Source: a plasmid. From it: 64,000 nucleotides of DNA. A program made the translations under genes and the position numbers. The DNA lies in the sequence record NZ_CP090789.1; one strand, 5' to 3'. The notes beneath the pieces are model-generated. The model was not told where the DNA came from, did no database searches, and was given only the letters and a program-made list of their open reading frames with translations. Below, one piece after another: positions 9,921-18,139 of the stretch. Position 1 is the stretch's first letter; the number at the start of each line of letters is the position of its first letter.

Positions 9921-10127
9921 GGTTTTTCTCCGGTTATCGCCTACAGCACACCGCCGAGGCATAAAATAATTATAGGACGAAACGTCCTTATAGTGTCGGA
10001 TTTAAATAAAACCCACAAACCTTTATCGGGTATTCATATTATTTTGCGTATAGGGACGAAACGTCCTATAATTACAACCATGCCCTAGCGATTCCGCCGT
10101 GGGCGATAACCGGAGAAAAACCGTGAA
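9916..10127. promoter_or_regulatory. Divergent control region bounded by perfect 26-bp inverted repeats that contain the RBS and GTG start of both flanking genes; it holds two copies of a 13-bp core GGACGAAACGTCC inside TATAGGACG-AAA-CGTCCTATA palindromes
   Basis: Seen directly. Arm 9916-9941 is the exact reverse complement of arm 10102-10127 (GGCGATAACCGGAGAAAAACCGTGAA). Palindromic sites lie at 9971-9992 and 10049-10072. Both divergent ORFs therefore begin with the same peptide (G)DNRRKTVNQV. Confidence 0.7.
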
Positions 10128-10542
10128 TCAAGTTGAACTGGAAGTGAAGCGTTACGAGTGGCCCGATCATCAGCGCGCGGCCTTCTTCCCGCATTATCTG
10201 AAGCGTCGAGCGGCATGTGCGCAATTGGCCGTCGTGCGCTGGGCCAAAATTCTGTTCCCGGCCTATACGACGTCCGGCTGGCACTTTTATGGGCTGGAAT
10301 CCAAGGGCTTCTATGTCGCTCCGCTGCTGCTGAAGGACGAACAAATCGAAGTCGGTGGCCACCGCATGAGCGCCGATGCGTTCGGCGTACTGGTTACGCT
10401 GGCGGCTCTGGAGGAAATGGGGGAGTCGGAACTGTTCACCGCGTTGCATGGCTTTGCTTGCCTTCACGATGAGGCACGGGCAATTCTCGGCGGCGGTGAG
10501 ATCGCCCGCGACGAGATGATTTCGGCAGAAATTCCGTTCTAA
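10123..10542 (+). CDS. Hypothetical protein divergent from the ParB-like gene; possible KlcA/ArdB-like antirestriction protein (weak)
   Basis: About 139 aa from GTG 10123 (or GTG 10099), with an RBS identical to that of the ParB-like gene. Size and leading-region context fit small antirestriction proteins, but no motif is confidently recognised. Confidence 0.45.
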   Translation: MNQVELEVKRYEWPDHQRAAFFPHYLKRRAACAQLAVVRWAKILFPAYTTSGWHFYGLESKGFYVAPLLLKDEQIEVGGHRMSADAFGVLVTLAALEEMGESELFTALHGFACLHDEARAILGGGEIARDEMISAEIPF

Positions 10543-10583
10543 CGACATGAGGCAACCCGGCGGAAACGCCGGGCTAAGGCACA

Positions 10584-10787
10584 ATGATCTATTCGATTAG
10601 CGAAGTAGAGGCCGCGATCAACATCTGGCGGAACCGGCTCGAATCTGGCGACGATGCGGCGCTGTGCGCCCCGGCGCGTGCGCTGGCCGAGCCGTACGGG
10701 CTGATGGTGTATGAAGGTCGCGAAACGATCAGCGATCATGAGATGACGGCGAAGGCTCGCGAAGCAATGGCTGTGCTCGTTGCCTGA
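10584..10787 (+). CDS. Small hypothetical protein (67 aa)
   Basis: ORF with a weak RBS and a codon-usage-consistent frame. No recognised domain. Confidence 0.3.
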   Translation: MIYSISEVEAAINIWRNRLESGDDAALCAPARALAEPYGLMVYEGRETISDHEMTAKAREAMAVLVA

Positions 10788-11105
10788 CGCCGCCTGCGCG
10801 ACGAGTGCAGCGCGGATACCCGCGATAGACCCTGTGCTTGCCGCGGGCGAGGGGAGACCCTCCCTCCTGCAAGCCGGGGTTTTGTTGCTCGACCAGGTGT
10901 CGCGCGCGCCGCGCGCCCGGATCGAGGCGCACGGGTGCCCCGCGCCCGCGTAGGCGGGCGCAAGGGAGAGCGCCGGCCCGCCGCAACGCGGCGGGACGAT
11001 CCGGCTCAGCCTTCGATTATCGGCATGGGGTAGTCAAGCGGCCGTGAGGCCGCGTGTTTCCTCCGCGGCGAAGCCGTGGGGGCTGGATATGGGATGGACT
11101 GAAAA

Positions 11106-11381
11106 ATGACGCAAGATCTACGGGCCACTGTGCGGCCCGAATGTTTGCAACCGGCGCGACTGTGGATGGAACCGACGGCGGGTGAAATCCGCCTGGTGCT
11201 CGATCGCTGCGGATTCACGCGACGAAACGCAAGCATTTTCCTCGGCATCGAAGAGACCGGCCGAAGCGTGGGCCGCTGGCTCAGCGGGGAGCACTCGATT
11301 CCCTATTCGGCCTGGGCGCTGCTTTGCGCCCGGGCCGGTCTCGGAAACATATGGGAAGAGGGCGGCACCGACGCGTCGTAG
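11106..11381 (+). CDS. Small helix-turn-helix DNA-binding protein (XRE/Cro-like)
   Basis: 91 aa. The segment IRLVLDRCGFTRRNASIFLGIEETGRSVGRWLSGEHSIPYSAWALL looks like an HTH. Confidence 0.45.
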   Translation: MTQDLRATVRPECLQPARLWMEPTAGEIRLVLDRCGFTRRNASIFLGIEETGRSVGRWLSGEHSIPYSAWALLCARAGLGNIWEEGGTDAS

Positions 11382-11741
11382 CGTCGGCTCCGCCCGCGGC
11401 TTCTATACCTTCATGTTCGCGTGAGAGGGTTTGTTTTCGATCGCGCCGGCGCCGATCAGGTCACCGGCCTGGTCGGCGCCGGCGCGATCGAATTACGAGG
11501 ACGGTGATGCCGGCCTTCAAACGCGGCCGCGGAACATTTGGCCGGCGCGGAAGGCTGCACGCATCGCGTGTTCGATATCGGAAATGCGAACCTCCTCCGG
11601 CGTGTACTCCGGAATTTCGCGGTCAATGATCGGATGGCCAAAGGTTGATTCGGCGATTGCGTTCAACACAGCGTCAACAAGGTAGCGTTCCATGGTATGT
11701 CCAGTTCGGTGGCCCGCGGCGCTTGGCGCCGCAGGCAGTTT

Positions 11742-12386
11742 TTAGGCAGCGATGGCGAGGCGGTCGATCTCTAGCCGGTCGCAAGCAGCGGCGTAGTAGG
11801 TCGGATCGAGCTCGATGCCGATGTAGTAGCGGCCGAGCTCGCGCGCGGCAACGCATGTCGAGCCCGACCCAGCGAACGGATCAAGGACGACGTCGCCAGG
11901 GGCCGTGTACGTCTCGATGAGTCGCTTGAGGCACGGAACCGGCTTCTGCGTGGGATGGTGCCGATTGCCGGAATATTCCCAGCGCATCACGTCAGGCAGC
12001 GGCGTAGCCGGCACAGCCGGCTGGCCCTTCGCGAGCACGTACGCGGATTCGTGGCGGTACGCGACAAAGCGCGATTTCGACGCATAGGACTTCGCGAAAA
12101 CGATGTGGCCGACGACGCGCAGGCCCGCGCGCTTCCACGCGTCGAAAAAGCGGTCCGTTTTCGTCCAGCCGTAGAAGCTCACGCAAAGCGTGTTCGGCTT
12201 CATGACGCGGTACACCTCCGCGAATGCCGGCGCCAGCCAGTCCGATTTCACATCGTTTGCGATCGAGCGCCCGGAGCGATCGTGATAGTTGACGAGATAG
12301 GGCGGGTCAGTCAGGACGAAGTCGACCACGCCGTCCGGAATGGACGGCAACACTTCCAGGCAGTCGCCGTTATAGAGAAAGCTCAT
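11742..12386 (-). CDS. Orphan beta-class DNA methyltransferase (N6-adenine or N4-cytosine type)
   Basis: 214 aa. The DPPY catalytic motif (motif IV) precedes the FAGSGST SAM-binding motif (motif I), the beta-class order. No restriction endonuclease partner is visible nearby. Confidence 0.85.
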   Translation of the reverse strand: MSFLYNGDCLEVLPSIPDGVVDFVLTDPPYLVNYHDRSGRSIANDVKSDWLAPAFAEVYRVMKPNTLCVSFYGWTKTDRFFDAWKRAGLRVVGHIVFAKSYASKSRFVAYRHESAYVLAKGQPAVPATPLPDVMRWEYSGNRHHPTQKPVPCLKRLIETYTAPGDVVLDPFAGSGSTCVAARELGRYYIGIELDPTYYAAACDRLEIDRLAIAA

Positions 12387-12807
12387 GTATGCGCTCCACA
12401 GTTGGGGGGCGGATAGCGCGTTTCCGTGTGCGGCTCCGAAATGTCGCTACCCGGCGCTTGCGAGCGCCGCGCAGGGGTTGCCGGTCAAGGGACCGTGGAA
12501 TAACGGGGAGGCAGTCCGTAGGAGGGCACCGTTTATGCCGCGAAAGCCCTTGAAAGAGTGGGCGCGCGCCGGAGCGTGCGGGCCCGTTCTGGCCGGCGAA
12601 ACCAGCGCGGCGATCGTTTGCGACGGGTAGCGACATCCATTTAGAACCCCGGGCGCTTTATCTCCTTTCGGGCGTGGTTAGAGCCACTAGCCGAGGCCTG
12701 GAGGGGGAGGTTCGGCGTGCGGTTACTCATGAGGGCGGGCCTCGGTTTATGGGCCGCCCGATCTGGAGTGCGCCGCGCGCCCGGAAGGGGATAGGCTGCG
12801 GGCTGTG

Positions 12808-12826
12808 ACCATCGTCGATGCTCAGG
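12808..12826 (-). terminator. GC hairpin GCCCCGGC-atg-GCCGGGGC immediately downstream of the 12858 stop; candidate intrinsic terminator with a weak U-tract
   Basis: Seen directly: perfect 8-bp stem with a 3-nt loop, about 30 nt after the stop of the fused methyltransferase gene. Confidence 0.35.
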
Positions 12827-12857
12827 AACAGGCCCCGGCATGGCCGGGGCTTCGAAA

Positions 12858-14831
12858 TTACGCCGTCAGGATCATCAGCGCGGTATTGACGGAGCTTGCA
12901 GACTCGGCGAACGTATCGGCCGGCAGGTCCACCCACTCTCCACCGTGGGCCGCCACGAGACGCTGAAGCGCTTCACGCCGGCGCGGACCATTCGCGCAGA
13001 CCGCCACGAGTCGGCCACCTGGCTTGAGCATCTCGAGCGCATGCCGAATATGCCGAATGTCATCGCCGTGCGAGAACGGTGGGTTCATGACGATCCGGTC
13101 GAATGGTGTCGGCGCCACGTACGTGAGGAAATCCGTGTTGATCACGTCGGCGCCGGCCTCGCTGACGCGCAGGTGATCGCACAGGCGGGCGCTGATCTCG
13201 ACGGCGGTCCGCACCGCAGCGCCACCCGTCGCCTCGCGGATCGCGCGCAGGATCCGGCCGGTGCCGGCACTCGGTTCGAGAACGGTATGTCCCGGCTCGA
13301 TCGCGGCCAGCTCGACCATGCGCGCAGCGAGTGATACGGGCGTGGGGAACAGCTGCGAGGCGCTCACGACCTGCACCCCATGCTTCAGCTGCTCACGCAT
13401 TGCATTGAACTGCGCGCCGTCGTCGCCGGCGGCCGCGTGCTCAGTCGTCGAGCCGTTCGTCGGAACGGTGGTCACATCGCTCGGGCGCTCGACGGATGCG
13501 GCTGCCGTGAGATCCGGCGCGGCGAGCTCATCCGTGTTTCCAGCCGGCGAGATTGCCGGCGGGTTGACGCGTTTAACGTCGGTCAGGTAGACCGCCACCA
13601 ATGCACCGCGGTGGACCACCGAACGCACGCGGTGCCGGCCGACCGCGCTAGCGACGTCCGCTGCGCCCTTGATGTCCGGCCGATACCTGCCCGGTCGAAC
13701 GGCGCCGGCGCCGAGCTCGCGCGAACCCTTGTAGTCGCGATGCGTGGCGTCCCATTCGGCCTTGGTCATTGCGTGAAAGCCGGTACCGGGGTAGTTGCAA
13801 AGGGGCGGCAGCTTGCTTGCTGCCTTCACCGTGGCCGCCACTTCGGCGGACGGAGCGCGGTAGTCCTTGATTTCTTCGATGCCCCGTACCGGCACGAATC
13901 GCGCGTTGGTGGTCACGCTGCAGATTGCGCCGGCGGAGCGATTCACGCGCGTCACCACAAGCCACTCGCCGCGTACGAGTACCTGGCCCCCGGGCACGAT
14001 GTCGAAACCATCGGCCTTGATGCCGCCTTGTTCCGCGAGCATCGCGCGCTCGTAGTTCAGTCGGCAATCGTAATGCGCAATCCAGCGTTCCCAATGTGCG
14101 CGATTACGTCCTTCACGCTCGAGGTACTGGTCACAGGTCGCGCGGAAGTTATCGGGGTCCGCGTTGATTGCGCTCCAAAGGCCGTGCAGACTCGACGCCG
14201 AAGCCACCATGAGGGCACGCTCTGCGGTCAGCGTCGGCGATCGCAGCGCATCAGCTGCAGCCTTCAGGAGATCGAGGCTACGCGTGCACTTGCGGCGGTC
14301 GGCCTCGATGCGCTTAATCCGACGATGGCGGACGTCCGCACGCTCCTTGTATTTCGCGTGTTGCAGCGCCCCCGCTGCGCGGCGCTCCCAATATTCGTGG
14401 GTGTCCCACATCGAGACCGCTTTGCGCATGGCGTTGTCGATGCGCTCCGCATCGCGTCGCGCGCGGGCTTCGCTGTGGTGACCGACCAGGATCGGCTGAC
14501 CGAGTGGGATATGCTCGGTGATCGATGTGACGACGGCATGCGCGGCCTTCGCGTCCGCCGCGCGCCGTTCGCTATAACCATCGAATCGGTCGGCACGCTC
14601 TTCCGCGCGTTCGACGAGCGACGTGTCCTCGTCGTCGATTTCGCCGCACAGCTCGATGAGAAGATCTTCGCGGGCCGGCGTCCAGCTCGGCGCGACGAAC
14701 AGATCCTGTTTCGGCGCGAACCGGAACCCGGCATCGTGAACACGTCGATACAGGCCTTCCTCGAGGCGCGCGGTGCTGTACAGACGCAGCTTGTTGTCGT
14801 CGGGGGAATAGGTTGCCGTCAGGTGTTGCAT
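12858..14831 (-). CDS. Fusion protein: conserved plasmid-associated N-terminal domain (DUF3560-like) plus a C-terminal class I SAM-dependent methyltransferase with an NPPF motif
   Basis: 657 aa from ATG 14831, with a GGAG RBS 5 nt upstream (the ORF track extends to 14987 without an RBS). The C-terminus has motif I VLEPSAGTGRIL and motif IV NPPF, which are amino-methyltransferase signatures. The N-terminal ~400 aa match my memory of DUF3560 proteins found next to methylases on plasmids. Confidence 0.7.
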   Translation of the reverse strand: MQHLTATYSPDDNKLRLYSTARLEEGLYRRVHDAGFRFAPKQDLFVAPSWTPAREDLLIELCGEIDDEDTSLVERAEERADRFDGYSERRAADAKAAHAVVTSITEHIPLGQPILVGHHSEARARRDAERIDNAMRKAVSMWDTHEYWERRAAGALQHAKYKERADVRHRRIKRIEADRRKCTRSLDLLKAAADALRSPTLTAERALMVASASSLHGLWSAINADPDNFRATCDQYLEREGRNRAHWERWIAHYDCRLNYERAMLAEQGGIKADGFDIVPGGQVLVRGEWLVVTRVNRSAGAICSVTTNARFVPVRGIEEIKDYRAPSAEVAATVKAASKLPPLCNYPGTGFHAMTKAEWDATHRDYKGSRELGAGAVRPGRYRPDIKGAADVASAVGRHRVRSVVHRGALVAVYLTDVKRVNPPAISPAGNTDELAAPDLTAAASVERPSDVTTVPTNGSTTEHAAAGDDGAQFNAMREQLKHGVQVVSASQLFPTPVSLAARMVELAAIEPGHTVLEPSAGTGRILRAIREATGGAAVRTAVEISARLCDHLRVSEAGADVINTDFLTYVAPTPFDRIVMNPPFSHGDDIRHIRHALEMLKPGGRLVAVCANGPRRREALQRLVAAHGGEWVDLPADTFAESASSVNTALMILTA

Positions 14832-14865
14832 GTGTGCTCCAGGTTGGTTTTTGCTGACCGGGACC

Positions 14866-15335
14866 CAAGATTCTGAGTCCCCGCGTATTGGGTTCTGTCG
14901 AGTCGGCGTGCTGCGCTTCGCAGCTGCCGCCGGTCCCCTTAGTTCGTCGTCCCGCGAACGGACGAGCGCCGGCCGGCGCCGGGTCAAGGGATCACGCGCG
15001 GGGTGGGGCGGGAGGGAGCGCAGCGCACGACACGGCCTCGCGCGCCTTGACGCGGCAAAGGCCGGCGCTACGGTCGCGGAACTAGGACGACGAGCTCAGG
15101 GGACGGGAAGGTCGGTAGCGGCCGCATGCCGATGAGGCAGAACGCCGCGCGCGGCGAGCGCGCTATCTGAGGCGCGAAGCGGCTCAGGTGGACATGGGGT
15201 GGCCAGCGCCGGGGCGTGCTGCGGGACGCAGCTCGGCCCCTAGAGCGTGGTGGGGTATCCGGGCCGCGGAGAAAGCGGCTCGCGTGGCAAAGCGATCACG
15301 TCGGTTTGGTGCGCGAGCCGGCGCGGCTCGGCTCG
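14866..15335. repeat. Copy A of a ~470-bp structured direct repeat (about 95% identical to 18140-18612), immediately upstream of the minus-strand methyltransferase-fusion gene
   Basis: Seen directly by alignment of the two regions. It contains an 18-bp long-range imperfect inverted repeat (14935-14952 with 15085-15102), the 14-bp palindrome GCGCCGGCCGGCGC, and other GC hairpins. The ORF-track entries inside it (14830..15135, 15188..15475 and twins) are duplicated shadow ORFs. Confidence 0.8.
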
Positions 15336-15702
15336 ATCCGGTTGCTCCGGGCCATGAGAAAAGGGGCTTTCGCCCCTTCCCTTACCGCAGCACCACGCAC
15401 ATGCGCCGTGGTGTCCACCAGACCAGAAGCGCGTATTCATTGCTGAAAAACTCCGCGTTGTCGTGGTCGATGTAGATCACTGGATCGATCATGGTCATCT
15501 CCTTTAAATGTGGGACCGCGAACATGCGGTCCCATCTTTATTTATGCGTGCACGCCGAATCGGCGCAAAAAATCCGGGCCGCCGACAACTACCCGAACTC
15601 GACCGGCCGCGCCGGTGCTGCGCAAGCCATGCCTCGGCAGTTCTTGCCGCCGCTAAGGCGACCGGTCTGTCTGCCCACCGGGGCACGTGTCCTCTGCCTC
15701 CA

Positions 15703-17532
15703 TCACGAGTCGAAGGCAAACTCGAAGGTGGTTTGCGCCCCAGCCGTCGTAGCCTTGTGCGCCCAGGCATGCCGCGCGTTGTCCGGCAGGTCACCAAAGC
15801 GCACCCCTTGCTGGACCAGCTGCTCGGCGTTGTGCCCGAGATTTAGGCCGAGCCGGTCCTTGAAGTCGGTGCGTCGCGCCACCTCATCGTGCTTGAGCTG
15901 CTGCTTGTGGGAAAGCGTCAGCGCGCCGTAGCTCAGATACCACCGATAGCCGGCCGTGATTCCGCCGGGATGAAAACCGCGATCGTGCATGTCGGCCAGT
16001 CGATCGGCCTCGAATTCCAGGATCATCTCGGCCGACTCGACATCGACGTCGAATCGCGTGCCCGTCCGAACCTCCCATGTGCTCTTGCCGTCACCGAGAT
16101 CCATGACTGTCGGCGCGCAGGGCGAGCGCTCGGTCAATGCTTCGAACAGCGGGTCACGAAAGCCCGTCCACTGATCCGCTGTTTCGTCCCATTCAGTGCC
16201 GACCTTCAGGAAAAGTGGTTCCGGCAACGGTGCCGGCGCGACCGGCGTGATTTCCGGAACGGAATAGCTCATGCCACGCTCGCAGATGTCGCGGTAGTCT
16301 GCCCAGATCGCGAAGGGCGCCGCGAGTCCCTGCAGGGACTGCATCGCGTCGACGGCGATCATCATCGGTAACGGTAACGTCTGGAATTTCGGGCGCGTCC
16401 CGGCGCGCCGCGCGCGGATCCTCTCCTCTCGATCGATTGTCAGCATGTACCGGACGAGCTCGCGGACGGTCGCGGCGCCGAACGTATCGGGCTCGAGGCA
16501 GATGTACCCTTCTCGGATCGTGCGACCGACCCAGTTGCGGCGCGACCAGTCGTAGCGGATTGCGCGGATGAATCGATTCAGCTGCTGCAGACCGCGCGCA
16601 TAGGCGTAACGATCTCCGTCGAATCGGATCATCTCGGCAAGCGACCGATCATCGGCTTGCTGGCAGGTCCAGCAGCCGGTGCGTGCATCGCAATGTCCGC
16701 GGCGCACGCGCTTGCCGGCGGACGCCTCCTCGAAGGTGAGATCCGACACGATCGCGCAGCTGCTGTTACCGGCATGCGCGTAGATCCGCTTCGTCTCATC
16801 GAAATCCGTGTAGCTGTCGCGCAGACCGGACGATACTTCGCCAATGAACTCCCAGACGTCTTCGGTCGACCAGCCCGCAATCGGGCAGAGCGTGAGCTCC
16901 CCGTCACTGTTGCGGACCGGCGTATCCGCGCGATCGCCGCGCGCGGTCATCTTCGCTTTGCGCCGCTCGCTCTCTTCGAACCGTGTGCCGAGCAATACGA
17001 CCGGCTCGGCATAACCGGCCTTCCGTGCCTCGCGGTACAGCTGGTTGCGGCCGACGCGGCTCGGCTCGATTTTCAACGAAACCGAGCAGTCGGAGTTCGT
17101 GCCAGCGTAGCTTGGCAGGGCGCGGCCGGTCAGCACAGCCAGCTGCCAAGACGTCGCAAGCGACGGCGCCACAACCTGCACGCGGACGTCGAAGCCGTGC
17201 TCGCGACCGAACGCCCCCATCTTCTCGAGCTCACGCAGTGCATGCTCGACCATTTCAGGCGACTCCACCAGGGTGTCAGCCGTGATCACGCAGACGAGCG
17301 GCCGGCCGCCGGCGGCCGCGTGCAGGCGGGCGGCATCAAGCGCGAGACTGGTCACGACTCCGCTATCCTTGCCCGCGCTGAATTGGCAAATCACCATTCG
17401 GTTGTCGGTGAAAAGCGCCCCCAGCGCTTCGATCGCGCGCGCAACGCGCTGGTCGAGAGAGGGGCGCATTTCGGCCTGCAGGAACATTTCGACCGTTTCC
17501 ATCGAATTCAGCCGAAATACCAGACGTTGCAC
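15703..17532 (-). CDS. PAPS-reductase/PP-loop ATP-pyrophosphatase family protein (DndC/IbrA-like) with a large C-terminal extension; start uncertain (GTG 17532 or ATG 17502)
   Basis: SGGKDS-like PP-loop QFSAGKDSGVV near the N-terminus, a Cys cluster CDARTGCWTCQ, and roughly 350 aa of unassigned C-terminal sequence. Proteins of this type accompany ParB-like genes on mobile elements (IbrAB) and act in DNA sulfur modification (DndC). Confidence 0.65.
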   Translation of the reverse strand: MQRLVFRLNSMETVEMFLQAEMRPSLDQRVARAIEALGALFTDNRMVICQFSAGKDSGVVTSLALDAARLHAAAGGRPLVCVITADTLVESPEMVEHALRELEKMGAFGREHGFDVRVQVVAPSLATSWQLAVLTGRALPSYAGTNSDCSVSLKIEPSRVGRNQLYREARKAGYAEPVVLLGTRFEESERRKAKMTARGDRADTPVRNSDGELTLCPIAGWSTEDVWEFIGEVSSGLRDSYTDFDETKRIYAHAGNSSCAIVSDLTFEEASAGKRVRRGHCDARTGCWTCQQADDRSLAEMIRFDGDRYAYARGLQQLNRFIRAIRYDWSRRNWVGRTIREGYICLEPDTFGAATVRELVRYMLTIDREERIRARRAGTRPKFQTLPLPMMIAVDAMQSLQGLAAPFAIWADYRDICERGMSYSVPEITPVAPAPLPEPLFLKVGTEWDETADQWTGFRDPLFEALTERSPCAPTVMDLGDGKSTWEVRTGTRFDVDVESAEMILEFEADRLADMHDRGFHPGGITAGYRWYLSYGALTLSHKQQLKHDEVARRTDFKDRLGLNLGHNAEQLVQQGVRFGDLPDNARHAWAHKATTAGAQTTFEFAFDS

Positions 17533-18098
17533 TGATGGACGGCATCACGCGTAAAGCTCTCGCGGAGTCCTGGTTCGAGCTCGCTGTTCGCAAGAATCCG
17601 TTCGAACAAGTTGAGGATACGGACGCATGCGTCGCCGACGTGCGAATTGGAATCGCACTCCAAGATCTCGGTGTCGAGCTCGGTCCACAGCGCCGCGTTG
17701 ATCTTCTGCCGCACAGTGCCTTTCGTCGTCGGCTCGTCTCGTTCCTCTTCTGGTGGGACCGGGAAACCCGCAGCCGCGAGCTCGCGACGCGCCTGGTCGT
17801 CCCATCGAGTCGGCGCTTCGGCGTCGCATCGGAATGCATACCGGATCGCGGCCTCGCATTCCGGTGTTCCTTCCTCGGTCTCAACCTTCACGGCAACCTC
17901 AAAGTAGTTGCCGAAGCCATGCGTGCAGGCCCGGACAATGAATCGTGCTCCCTGCGGTGGCTCACCCAGCGCCCGCGTAATCACTTTGATGAAGGCGCGA
18001 CACTCCGCGCGGCTGCGATCTTGATAGTTCTCGTTTCCCAGCTGAACGCACGGCTCGTTGGCCGGCGAAGGCCCACAATCAATAATCAGTTTGTACAT
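17508..18098 (-). CDS. Cys-rich hypothetical protein (196 aa), translationally linked to the downstream PAPS-reductase-like gene
   Basis: Good AGGAAG RBS before ATG 18098. Its stop overlaps or abuts the PAPS-reductase-like ORF. At least 9 cysteines. No recognised domain. Confidence 0.5.
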   Translation of the reverse strand: MYKLIIDCGPSPANEPCVQLGNENYQDRSRAECRAFIKVITRALGEPPQGARFIVRACTHGFGNYFEVAVKVETEEGTPECEAAIRYAFRCDAEAPTRWDDQARRELAAAGFPVPPEEERDEPTTKGTVRQKINAALWTELDTEILECDSNSHVGDACVRILNLFERILANSELEPGLRESFTRDAVHQCNVWYFG

Positions 18099-18139
18099 GC
18101 TCTTCCTCTCTGGCGTACCGCGCGACGCGGTGTTAGCTG

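Noticed and set aside
13380-14876. 498-aa plus-strand ORF, with similar long antisense ORFs at 745..1575 (-), 16657..17535 (+), 22110..23156 (-), 23760..24884 (-), 24984..25958 (-), 33785..34768 (-), 38277..39260 (+) and others
   Set aside because: These are Arg/Ala/Pro-rich shadow ORFs on the opposite strand of well-supported genes (methyltransferase fusion, traA, PAPS-reductase, imuB, dnaE2, integrase). They are typical artefacts of high-GC DNA and have no RBS or domain signal.
14866-15335. MITE/IS-derived origin for the duplicated ~470-bp repeat
   Set aside because: No terminal inverted repeats or target-site duplications at the boundaries. Both copies occupy equivalent positions upstream of minus-strand operons, which points to a regulatory element rather than transposition.
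14830-15475. Short ORFs (101, 95, 76 and 65 aa) inside the structured repeats, duplicated at 18191..18668
   Set aside because: Their duplication simply reflects the DNA repeat. The sequences are Arg/Gly/Ala-rich GC-frame translations without start context. The region is better explained as non-coding structured DNA.
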